Of a stretch of 32,650 bases of DNA, positions 1 to 7,764 are shown piece after piece. Under the pieces are notes generated by a model. That model was not told the DNA's origin and did no database searches. It saw nothing but the letters and a program-made list of their open reading frames with translations. The position numbers were made by a program, and so were the translations under genes. Each line of letters starts with the position of its first letter. The first letter of the stretch is position 1. This DNA is from Candidatus Komeilibacteria bacterium (lineage in GTDB: Bacteria; Patescibacteriota; Patescibacteriia; UBA1558; S5-K13): NCBI GenBank assembly GCA_030591905.1, contig JAUVAE010000002.1, forward strand, positions 1 to 32,650, written 5' to 3'.

Positions 1-1
1 T

Positions 2-748
2 ACAGAGGAAGCTTGGCGAATAACATTAACTACAGATTTAGGAAAAGTTGAAAAATGGATATCCATAGATAAGGGTATGGATTTTGTTATACCGGCTGGG
101 GAAACAAAAATTTCCATAATTGTTCGGGTAAATGTTCCTCAGAAGGCAAAATATGATAATTATAAAGGAAAAATTAGGTTAAAAGCTGTACCAGATAGAC
201 CTATAGGAGAAGGTGGAGTTTCTATTGCCTTAGGAACAGTTATAGATGTTGATTTAGATGTGAGTGAGAATAAAATTTATGATTTTAAAGTTATAAATGT
301 TAAGTTGCAGGAGATTGAAGCTGGCTATGATAGATGGTTTGGTTTTAAAAAGGGTATTATTAAATTTGTCATGAATATTGAAAATACTGGTAATGTTAAA
401 GTTGCTCCAGAAAAAGTTATCTTAGATATATATAATAGTGCTACTAATGAATTTTTAGAATCATTAGAAAATTATAATAAATTAGCCAAAGTTAAATCAT
501 TTACTACTGATAATGTTTTAGCAAAGTTTAAAACAAAATTACCAGCTGGTGGTTATAGGATTATATATAAAATTTATAAAGGAGACGAAATTGTCAGAGA
601 AGAGGATGCTCATCTTAGTATTTTACCTCCTGGTACTTTACCAAAAGAAGCAACTCCTATTTGGGTATGGATTATATTGAGTGCAGTTGTTTTAGGAATA
701 GTTTCCTTTATATTTAGAAAAAAGATTCTAAAGTTAGTAAAAAATTGA
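2..748 (+). CDS. Membrane-anchored surface protein, 5'-truncated by window edge
   Basis: The frame of ORF 77..748 stays open back to nt 2 (TEEAWRITLTTDLGKVEKWISIDKG...), so the gene begins upstream of the window. C-terminal TM helix IWVWIILSAVVLGIVSFIF followed by RKK. TGA stop. Confidence 0.75.
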   Translation, partial: TEEAWRITLTTDLGKVEKWISIDKGMDFVIPAGETKISIIVRVNVPQKAKYDNYKGKIRLKAVPDRPIGEGGVSIALGTVIDVDLDVSENKIYDFKVINVKLQEIEAGYDRWFGFKKGIIKFVMNIENTGNVKVAPEKVILDIYNSATNEFLESLENYNKLAKVKSFTTDNVLAKFKTKLPAGGYRIIYKIYKGDEIVREEDAHLSILPPGTLPKEATPIWVWIILSAVVLGIVSFIFRKKILKLVKN

Positions 749-797
749 TTAGGAAAATAAAATTAGGAAAATAAAAAGATAAAGATTTATAGAAAAT

Positions 798-1991
798 ATG
801 TTTACTAAATTGAGTAAAATTAATAAACTAATCCTAATTATTTCATTGGGGTTATTTTTGATTTATCCCAATTTTTTTATAATTGCTGATAGTGTTAATA
901 TCAGTGTAACAGTGACTATCTGTGGTAATGATATTCTAGAAACTGGAGAAGATTGTGATACTTCAAAATTAGATGGACAATCCTGTACTAGTCAAGGTTT
1001 TGATAGTGGTACTCTTACTTGTGCTACTAATTGTAATTTTGATACTTCTCAATGTATTGCAAGTAGTTGTGGAAATAATATTCAAGAAAGCGGGGAATCT
1101 TGTGATGGTTCAGACTTGGCTGGGGAGACTTGTGTTAGCCAAGGTTTTGATAGTGGTACTCTTACTTGTGATGCTAGTTGTACTTCTTTTAATACTACTC
1201 AATGTCAAACCGATGGAGGCGGAGGAGGTGGTGGCGGAGGAACTTATGTTCCACCAGCACCAGTTGAGGCGAGTGTTACTTTTTCTGGTAGAGCCTATCC
1301 TTTAAGTGAAGTTCTTATTTTAAAAGATGCTCAAATAGTGGTGACTACTATTGCTGATCAAGATGCTAATTTTTTAACTACTTTAAGTAATTTGGCATTT
1401 GGTAATTATACTTTTTCTTTATATACCGAAGATATAAATGGTCGGCGATCTTCTCCATTTACTTTTTCCATTTATGTTAGTAGTGGAGCACAAATTTCAA
1501 TCGGTAATATTTTTATATCTCCTAGTATTGACATAGATAAGAGTCAAGTTAAGCAAGGAGATAATATTGTTATCTTTGGTCAAACTACTCCTGAATCAGA
1601 AGTTACTATATTAGTTAATTCTGAAGTTCCACATTTCGCTAGTATTAGTTCCGATGATGATGGTATTTATTTACATAATTTTAATACTGCTGTTTTAGAA
1701 AGAGGAGATCATATTACTAAATCAAAAACTCATCTTGATGGTGAAGTTAGTAATTATAGCGAAGTCATTAGTTTTGTAGTGGGAGATGTAAATGTATTTA
1801 AAGAAGTTGATGATGATGGTCCTTGTGCAAAGTCAGATGTTAATAAAGATGGTAGAGTTAATTTGGTTGATTTTTCAATTTTTGCTTATTGGTATGGAAA
1901 AGCATCACCACCTGCTCATGTTGATTTAAATGATGATAACATAATCAATTTAGTAGATTTTAGTATTATGGCTTTTTGTTGGACAGGATAA
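798..1991 (+). CDS. Secreted protein: signal peptide, two Cys-rich repeats, Gly8 linker, Ig-like middle region, C-terminal dockerin-like domain
   Basis: N-terminal hydrophobic signal. Two CGNxIxExGExCD...C.SQGFDSGTLTC..C...QC modules. GGGGGGGG run. C-terminal paired Ca-loop repeats DVNKDGRVNLVDFSIFAYWYG and DLNDDNIINLVDFSIMAFCW, typical of type I dockerins. Confidence 0.85.
   Translation: MFTKLSKINKLILIISLGLFLIYPNFFIIADSVNISVTVTICGNDILETGEDCDTSKLDGQSCTSQGFDSGTLTCATNCNFDTSQCIASSCGNNIQESGESCDGSDLAGETCVSQGFDSGTLTCDASCTSFNTTQCQTDGGGGGGGGGTYVPPAPVEASVTFSGRAYPLSEVLILKDAQIVVTTIADQDANFLTTLSNLAFGNYTFSLYTEDINGRRSSPFTFSIYVSSGAQISIGNIFISPSIDIDKSQVKQGDNIVIFGQTTPESEVTILVNSEVPHFASISSDDDGIYLHNFNTAVLERGDHITKSKTHLDGEVSNYSEVISFVVGDVNVFKEVDDDGPCAKSDVNKDGRVNLVDFSIFAYWYGKASPPAHVDLNDDNIINLVDFSIMAFCWTG
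921..1205 (+). repeat. Two tandem ~135-138-bp coding repeats (Cys-rich modules) separated by 12 bp
   Basis: 921..1055 and 1068..1205 align at DNA level, including an identical stretch caaggttttgatagtggtactcttacttgtg. Confidence 0.85.
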
Positions 1992-2030
1992 TCTGCTATA
2001 CAGGAATTTTTAATTTCTAAATAAATTTTA

Positions 2031-2948
2031 ATGATTCAAATTCAAAAATTTAAAAATTATTTTAAGGTATTATTAGTAATTTTTTCAGTATTTTTTATAA
2101 CTGGGCCTGTTTTGGCTGCTCAAATAAATTTAATATCTGATATAGAAACTATTAATGTCGGGCAAAAATTTTGGTTAGATATAATGATTGATCCCGCAGG
2201 TGAAGATATAAATGCTTTAGAAGGAGTAGTTAATTATCCTCATGATAAATTATCTTTAGTTAATGTTAATGATGGTAATTCCATAATTAATTTATGGATA
2301 AAAAAACCGGATATAAAAAATAATCAGGCTGTATTTAGTGGAATTATTCCGGGAGGTTTTAGTGGCGTATTAAGTCCCTTTTATTCTGGAGCAGCAGCAG
2401 GCAAAGTCATTAGTCTGCAATTTTTAGTGACTAAGGGTGGTGAAATAAAAGTGGATTTGGACAATTTACAAGTATTATTAAATAATGGCTTAGGTACAGC
2501 AATTAATACTGATGTACAAGCTTTTGAAATTGTACCGACAGAAAATATAATCACCTTTTCTTCAAGAGAAGAGGTAACAGATTTTGAAGCACCAGAAGCG
2601 TTTTCTTTTCAAATCGTAAAAGATAAAAGTATTTTTGAAAATAAGTATATTCTTATATTCAATACTCAAGATAAGGGTAGTGGTATAGATCATTATGAAG
2701 TTCAAGAAGGTCAGAGAGGTTTTGTTATTGCCCAGAGTCCTTATTTATTAAAGAATCAACATTTAGATGAGCAAATTGTTGTGAAAGCAATTGATAGAGC
2801 TGGTAATGAAAGAATTAGTCGAGTTGGTCCACCTCGACATAGAACCTTTTTAGAAAAGTATGGGAGATATTGTCTAGTTTTATTAATTATTATTATGTTG
2901 TTTTTAAGTTATTTCTTAAAGAAATACATTAAAAACAATAAAGATTAA
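2031..2948 (+). CDS. Cohesin-like domain surface protein with C-terminal TM anchor
   Basis: Signal/TM at N-terminus. Cohesin-like block INLISDIETINVGQKFWLDIMIDPAGEDINALEGVVNYPHDKLSLVNVNDGNSIINLW. GSGIDHYEV and VVKAIDRAGNE motifs shared with the next gene. C-terminal TM YCLVLLIIIMLFLSYFL. Confidence 0.8.
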   Translation: MIQIQKFKNYFKVLLVIFSVFFITGPVLAAQINLISDIETINVGQKFWLDIMIDPAGEDINALEGVVNYPHDKLSLVNVNDGNSIINLWIKKPDIKNNQAVFSGIIPGGFSGVLSPFYSGAAAGKVISLQFLVTKGGEIKVDLDNLQVLLNNGLGTAINTDVQAFEIVPTENIITFSSREEVTDFEAPEAFSFQIVKDKSIFENKYILIFNTQDKGSGIDHYEVQEGQRGFVIAQSPYLLKNQHLDEQIVVKAIDRAGNERISRVGPPRHRTFLEKYGRYCLVLLIIIMLFLSYFLKKYIKNNKD

Positions 2949-3027
2949 AATAGTTCCTTTTATATCATAATTCTGTTATAATTATAAAAGCATTGATAAT
3001 TGCTAACTTTGTTATTTAAAGTTTTTT

Positions 3028-4824
3028 ATGGAGGTAAAAACAAAAATAACTACTCACCAAAATTTTAAAGTGAGTAGAAATACAAAAATAAAAAAAATAA
3101 TATCTAGAATAACATTAATTTTTGGATTAGTCGTTTTAATATCGGCTTTTTTTAATATTTCCAGCGTTTTAGCAGCCAATCTTTATTTTTCTCCATCTAG
3201 TGGATCATATAATGTTGGTAATACTATTTCAGTAGGTATTTATGTATCTAGTAATGATCAAGCTATGAATGCTGGTTCGGGAATAGTTAGTTTTCCTACT
3301 GATAAATTAGAAGTTGTTTCAATATCAAAAAGTGGATCAATTGTTAGTCTTTGGATGCAAGAGCCATCATATTCAAATAGTTCCGGTACTGTAAAATTTG
3401 AAGGTATTGTTTTAACCCCAGGTTATACAGGAAGTGCTGGTAAAATGATTAGTATTACTTTTAGAGCTAAAGCTGTTGGTACAGCGACATTAAATTTTTC
3501 ATCAAGTTCAGTATTAGCTAACGATGGTTTAGGAACAAATATTTTAGGAAGTGCTAGCGGTGCTAGTTTTAATATAAACATTCGGGCAATTGTCCCACCA
3601 CCTGTAGTTCCACCTCCAACAGCAGTGTCTAAGGTTCCGGCTGGTCCTGGTATTATTTCTCTTACTCATCCAGATTCAGATTCTTGGTATGCTAATCAAG
3701 ATATAGAGCTAAAATGGTTAATCTCGGATGATATAAATGCAGTTCGTTTATTAGTTAGTCGTGAAGCAGAAGAAATACCTACAGTAAATTATATTCCACC
3801 AATAGATTCAAAGGAGATAATGGCTTTAGATGATGGTGTGTGGTATTTCCATAATCGTTTGAGAAATGCCTATGGTTGGGGTGAGACATCTCATTTCCGT
3901 TTCCAAATTGATACCCAGAATCCAAAACATTTTAAAATAACAAAATTAGAATCAGATGATCTTACTGAACCTAGGGTTAAGTTTGATTTCGATGCTCTTG
4001 ATGAAATTTCTGGTATTAGTCATTATGATATTCAGATTGATGATAATGAGGTGGAAAAATGGATAGCCAATCCAAAATATAGTTATGAAACCCCAGTACT
4101 TGGTCCAGGAGACCATAGTTTAGTTGTTAAAGCAGTAGATAAAGCTGGTAATTATTTAACTGATCTTATTGAATTTAATATTTTGCCATTAGATACTCCT
4201 ATAATTACTCAATATCCATCTGATTTACAAAGTGGAGATATTATTACAATTAGAGGATTAAGTTATCCAAATTCACAAATTAATTTATGGCTTCAGAGAG
4301 AAAATGATGATTCTAAGGTTTATACTACTATAACTAATAATTCTGGTGAATTTATTATTATCCTTGAAGAAAAATTAAGCAAAGGAATTTATAAAATATG
4401 GAATGAAGTTATTGATGAACGAGGTGCTAAGAGTATGCCTAGTGAGCAGATGAGTATTCTAGTTCGACAATCAGAATTTTGGCGAATTGGTTCTATGGCT
4501 ATTAGTATTTTAGCAATTGTTATTCCATTGATTGCTTTGGTTTTCTTATTAGTATTTATGTTATTATTTATTACTCGTAAATTAAAATCTATAAAAATTA
4601 GAGTTAACGAAGAAGCTCGGGAAGCAGAGCAAGTATTGCATAAAGAATTTAATGTTCTTAGAAGAGAAGTTAGAAAACAGATTAGGTTAGTTGAAAAGAT
4701 AAGTATTGGAAGAGGCTTGACTAGCGAAGAGGAAAAGAATATGTTGAAATTAAAGAAGGAATTAAATGCTGCTGAAAAACGTGTTGAAAAAGAGATTAGA
4801 GATATTCAAAAACAAGTGAGGTAA
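3028..4824 (+). CDS. Cohesin-like domain surface protein, TM anchor plus cytoplasmic coiled-coil tail
   Basis: Cohesin-like block LYFSPSSGSYNVGNTISVGIYVSSNDQAMNAGSGIVSFPTDKLEVVSISKSGSIVSLWMQEPSYSN...SVLANDGLGTNIL. Pro-rich linker PPPVVPPP. SGISHYDIQ and VVKAVDKAGN paralogous to 2031..2948. TM ISILAIVIPLIALVFLLVFMLLFI, then a charged heptad-like tail. Confidence 0.85.
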   Translation: MEVKTKITTHQNFKVSRNTKIKKIISRITLIFGLVVLISAFFNISSVLAANLYFSPSSGSYNVGNTISVGIYVSSNDQAMNAGSGIVSFPTDKLEVVSISKSGSIVSLWMQEPSYSNSSGTVKFEGIVLTPGYTGSAGKMISITFRAKAVGTATLNFSSSSVLANDGLGTNILGSASGASFNINIRAIVPPPVVPPPTAVSKVPAGPGIISLTHPDSDSWYANQDIELKWLISDDINAVRLLVSREAEEIPTVNYIPPIDSKEIMALDDGVWYFHNRLRNAYGWGETSHFRFQIDTQNPKHFKITKLESDDLTEPRVKFDFDALDEISGISHYDIQIDDNEVEKWIANPKYSYETPVLGPGDHSLVVKAVDKAGNYLTDLIEFNILPLDTPIITQYPSDLQSGDIITIRGLSYPNSQINLWLQRENDDSKVYTTITNNSGEFIIILEEKLSKGIYKIWNEVIDERGAKSMPSEQMSILVRQSEFWRIGSMAISILAIVIPLIALVFLLVFMLLFITRKLKSIKIRVNEEAREAEQVLHKEFNVLRREVRKQIRLVEKISIGRGLTSEEEKNMLKLKKELNAAEKRVEKEIRDIQKQVR

Positions 4825-4842
4825 GAATTTATTATAAATTTT

Positions 4843-4880
4843 AGAATACTCATTTAATTGTGAGTATTCTTTTATTTTTC
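4843..4880 (+). terminator. Rho-independent terminator of the surface operon
   Basis: Perfect 10-bp stem agaatactca/tgagtattct (4843-4852 / 4861-4870) followed by tttattttt. Confidence 0.7.
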
Positions 4881-4907
4881 TTGTCATTCTGAACTTGTTT
4901 CAGAATC
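4881..4907. repeat. TTGTCATTC...GAATC hairpin repeat (same family as the arms of 26373..26460)
   Basis: ttgtcattctgaacttgtttcagaatc with stem attctgaa/ttcagaat. Ends match ttgtcattccgag...gaggaatc at 26374. Confidence 0.6.
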
Positions 4908-4925
4908 TGGAATTTATTACATTTT

Positions 4926-5025
4926 GGGTCCCCTCCCTGCCTGCTGGCAGGCAGCCTCAGCCTCGCCCCGTATAAAGCAAAGCTTTTGTACGGGGTAGAG
5001 AGGGGAGACAGGGGTGGTGGTGTTG
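4926..5025. repeat. GC-rich composite of nested palindromes (three-way-junction-like)
   Basis: Outer pairing gtcccctc (4928-4935) with gagggg..ac (5000-5009) encloses hairpin ctgcctgc-tg-gcaggcag (4937-4954) and hairpin ccccgtataaagc..gcttttgtacgggg (4966-4995). A T-run follows at about 5025. Confidence 0.6.
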
Positions 5026-5056
5026 ATTTTTTAAACAAAGATATTATTATTTTAAT

Positions 5057-5310
5057 AATGTTTCATTCTGTTGATAGCAAATTGATGATGATTTTTTATT
5101 GTTTGGTGATAACTTTTCTTTTACCACCCCTTTTTAGAAAAGTGGTGGTTCCGCAAAATCGCGCCTATACAAAAATTTAGATAATTTTTCATTTAGACAA
5201 ATAAATTTCTTTAATCGTCATGTTTATTCCTCATAGAAATTCTGTTTGTCTTAATTCAAATTCTAACTAAATATTTTGTAATGGCGCATAAAATGCAAAT
5301 TAAATACAAA
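5057..5310 (+). ncRNA. Candidate structured non-coding element, copy A (homologous to 31598..31841)
   Basis: Collinear similarity by eye with copy B. Hairpin 5124-5148. Long-range pairing 5161-5180 with 5267-5287. Inner hairpin 5195-5210 with 5235-5251. Conserved apical loop tcgtcat..attcctc. Compensatory changes relative to copy B. Confidence 0.4.
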
Positions 5311-5443
5311 GTCGATAAAATAATAGAAACTGTTTCATAAATAGAGTGATAATTCATTTTATGTCACTCTGAGGGTGATTTTTTCGTTTATTTTTGCTAT
5401 TATATAATAGACTTGTTGAATAATAATAAATAGTAGATAAATT

Positions 5444-5665
5444 ATGAGTAAATTGAAATTGGGTAAGTATCAGCATTTTAAAGGTGGTTTTTATGAAGTT
5501 TTAGGTCTAGCTAAGGATAGTGAAACTTTAGCAGAATATGTAGTGTATGTTGCAGTTGAGGATAAAGAATCTATATGGATTAGACCCCAGCAAATGTTTT
5601 TAGAAAATGTTATTATAGAGGGGAAAAAAGTTCCCCGTTTTAAATTTATTCACCCTATTAAATAA
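5444..5665 (+). CDS. DUF1653 domain protein
   Basis: GKYQHFKGGFYEVLGLAKDSETLAEYVVY...IWIRPQQMF matches the characteristic DUF1653 pattern (recalled from family knowledge). Confidence 0.75.
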   Translation: MSKLKLGKYQHFKGGFYEVLGLAKDSETLAEYVVYVAVEDKESIWIRPQQMFLENVIIEGKKVPRFKFIHPIK

Positions 5666-5682
5666 TTTTAAATTTTATTTAT

Positions 5683-5717
5683 AATACCTAATACATAATA
5701 CCTAATACATAATACAA
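5683..5717. repeat. Tandem AATACMT heptamer array (14-bp unit aatacctaatacat x2 plus partial)
   Basis: aatacctaatacat at 5683-5696 and 5697-5710, then aatacaa. It ends 4 nt before the S41 peptidase start. Confidence 0.8.
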
Positions 5718-5721
5718 TCAT

Positions 5722-7302
5722 ATGCATATGAAAAGAAGATTAGTATCAATAATTTTAATAATAATTTTTATTTTAGGCATTGGATTTAACAATGCTCAGG
5801 CTAGTGAATTAGCTAATCGATTAAAAGGAAGATTATTACTCCAAGTAGAGAGTAGGGGAGAGATATGGTATGTAAATCCTGTTGATAATGCCAGATATGA
5901 GATTACTATTTTAAATTCTTTACCTATATTTAGAAAGTTTGCCTTGGGTATCAGCACGGAAGATTTAAATAAAATTCCTTTAATTCATCAAAGCATATCA
6001 AGAAGTTTTGGTTTAAATTTAAAAGGAAAACTTTTATTAGATGTTGAGAGTAGGGGTAGAATTTGGTATGTAGATTTTGATGGTTTTAGACACGAAGTTA
6101 GGCAAGATAATTTGTTAAATATTTTTCAGAAATTATCTTTAGGTATCTCAAATAAAGATTTAAATCAGATTCCAATTGGAGTTATAGAGAGCAGTGAAGT
6201 TAAAGAGAGTATTAATTTTGAGATTCAAGATTTAAGTGTAGAGTCCTTGATAAATGATTCTAGTTTTCAATCGTTTTGGGAATTATGGAATTTGATTAAA
6301 CAAAAATATGTTAGTTCAGGTCTAGATGATGCAGATCTCTTAGAAGGAGCTAAAAGGGGTTTAGTAGAGTCTTTGGGCGATGATTATTCTATTTTTATGG
6401 ACAGAGAGGAATCTAGTGAGTTTTTGGATGATCTTAGTGGACAATTTGAGGGTATTGGAGCTGAAGTTTCTATTAAAAATGGAGAATTAATCGTAGTTGC
6501 TCCTTTACCGGACATGCCAGCTGAAAAAGCTGGTATTTTAGCTGGAGATATTATTCTAGAGATAGATGAAAAGAGTAGTTTAGGAATGACTTTAAATAAA
6601 GCAGTAAGTTTAATAAAAGGGGAAAAGGGAACTCCAGTAATTTTAAAGGTTAAACATAAAAATGAAACAGAAGAAGATATTACAGTTATTAGGGGTTTAG
6701 TAACTTATGCTAGTTTAACTTATGAAATTAAGGAGAATAACATAGGTTATATTCGGATGATTCGTTTTAATATTGATGCTTCTTCCATATTTAAAGAAGC
6801 CGCAGATTATTTTTTAGAAAATGATGTTTCCGGAATAATTTTAGATTTAAGAAATAATCCTGGAGGTTATATGAGTGCGGCTATAGATTTAGCAGGTTAT
6901 TGGGTTGGCCCAGAAAATATAGTAACCGAGAAATATAAAGATGAATTCAAGATTGAAGAACATATTTCTAAACAAGAAGCTGTATTAGGAAGTATTCGAA
7001 CAATGGTTTTAGTTAATGGAGGTTCAGCTTCAGCTTCAGAGATTGTAGCTGGAGCCTTACAAGATTATGGTTCAGTAACTATTATTGGTGAAAAAACCTT
7101 TGGTAAAGGTTCTGTTCAAGAATTAAGATCTTTATCAGACGGTTCTTATATTAAATTAACAATCGCTAAATGGTATACTCCTAATGGACATTCTATTGAT
7201 GGTGAAGGTATTCTTCCAGATATTTTAATTGAAAATATTTTAGAAGATTATAATAATGGGATTGATACTCAATTAAACAGAGCTTTGGAATTATTGAAAT
7301 AA
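5722..7302 (+). CDS. ctpA: S41 family C-terminal processing peptidase with PDZ domain and duplicated N-terminal domain
   Basis: PDZ GIGAEVSIKNGELIVVAPLPDMPAEKAGILAGDIILEID. LDLRNNPGG. Catalytic-region motifs NGGSASASEIVAGALQD and TFGKGSVQ. Two N-terminal repeats LKG+LLL.VESRG.IWYV. The start could instead be ATG 5728. Confidence 0.9.
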   Translation: MHMKRRLVSIILIIIFILGIGFNNAQASELANRLKGRLLLQVESRGEIWYVNPVDNARYEITILNSLPIFRKFALGISTEDLNKIPLIHQSISRSFGLNLKGKLLLDVESRGRIWYVDFDGFRHEVRQDNLLNIFQKLSLGISNKDLNQIPIGVIESSEVKESINFEIQDLSVESLINDSSFQSFWELWNLIKQKYVSSGLDDADLLEGAKRGLVESLGDDYSIFMDREESSEFLDDLSGQFEGIGAEVSIKNGELIVVAPLPDMPAEKAGILAGDIILEIDEKSSLGMTLNKAVSLIKGEKGTPVILKVKHKNETEEDITVIRGLVTYASLTYEIKENNIGYIRMIRFNIDASSIFKEAADYFLENDVSGIILDLRNNPGGYMSAAIDLAGYWVGPENIVTEKYKDEFKIEEHISKQEAVLGSIRTMVLVNGGSASASEIVAGALQDYGSVTIIGEKTFGKGSVQELRSLSDGSYIKLTIAKWYTPNGHSIDGEGILPDILIENILEDYNNGIDTQLNRALELLK

Positions 7303-7320
7303 TTTTTAGATAAAAATAAT

Positions 7321-7764
7321 ATGAAAATAACAATTTGTGGAAGTATAGCTTTCTATGATCAGATGCAAGAAATAGCCAGTAAATTAAAATTATTAGGCCA
7401 TCAGGTTGATTTACCACCCATTGAAGTTGAAGGTGAAACAGGGGAAATGATTTCGGTGAAGGAATATTATCAGATTAGAAAAAACGCTAAAGCTGATGAA
7501 AAATGGGTTTGGGATAAAAAAGGGAAGGCCATTAGAAGTCATTTTAATAAAATAGAATGGGCGGATTTTGTTTTAATAACTAATTATACTAAAAATGATA
7601 TAGAAAATTATATCGGGGCTAATACATTTTTAGAGATGGGTTTAGCTTTTTACTTAAAGAAAAAAGTATTTTTATTAAATAATATTCCAGAAATATCTTT
7701 CAAAGAAGAGATTTTAGGTATGAAGCCTATTATAATTAATAATGATTTAAGCAAAATATGCTGA
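7321..7764 (+). CDS. Nucleoside 2-deoxyribosyltransferase-like protein (function uncertain)
   Basis: MKITICGSIAF...ADFVLITNY...GANTFLEMGLAFYLKKKVFLL resembles the Rossmann-like deoxyribosyltransferase-like fold families. Assignment is by motif memory only. Confidence 0.5.
   Translation: MKITICGSIAFYDQMQEIASKLKLLGHQVDLPPIEVEGETGEMISVKEYYQIRKNAKADEKWVWDKKGKAIRSHFNKIEWADFVLITNYTKNDIENYIGANTFLEMGLAFYLKKKVFLLNNIPEISFKEEILGMKPIIINNDLSKIC

Noticed and set aside
973-1305. 110-aa ORF in an alternative frame inside the Cys-rich/dockerin gene
   Set aside because: Fully nested in a well-supported CDS. Low-complexity L/V-rich translation produced by the repeat. No RBS.
4926-5025. Known housekeeping RNA (SRP RNA, tmRNA, RNase P, 6S) in the GC-rich spacer
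   Set aside because: None of the conserved motifs I can recall for these RNAs is present. An Rfam scan is still needed.
4850-5180. ORFs 4850..5038 (-) and 4986..5180 (+)
   Set aside because: They run through stacked palindromes and hairpins. Translations are Pro/Gly/Arg-rich artefacts of GC-rich repeats. No RBS.
5058-5180. 40-aa hydrophobic peptide (MFHSVDSKLMMIFYCLVITFLLPPLF...) inside element copy A, considered as a type I toxin
   Set aside because: The homologous frame in copy B (31599..31664) stops after 21 codons. There is no Shine-Dalgarno. Substitutions between copies are almost all non-synonymous, while RNA helices are preserved. Not fully excluded.
7193-7417. 74-aa minus-strand ORF
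   Set aside because: Overlaps the 3' end of the S41 peptidase gene and the start of the next gene. AT-rich chance ORF.
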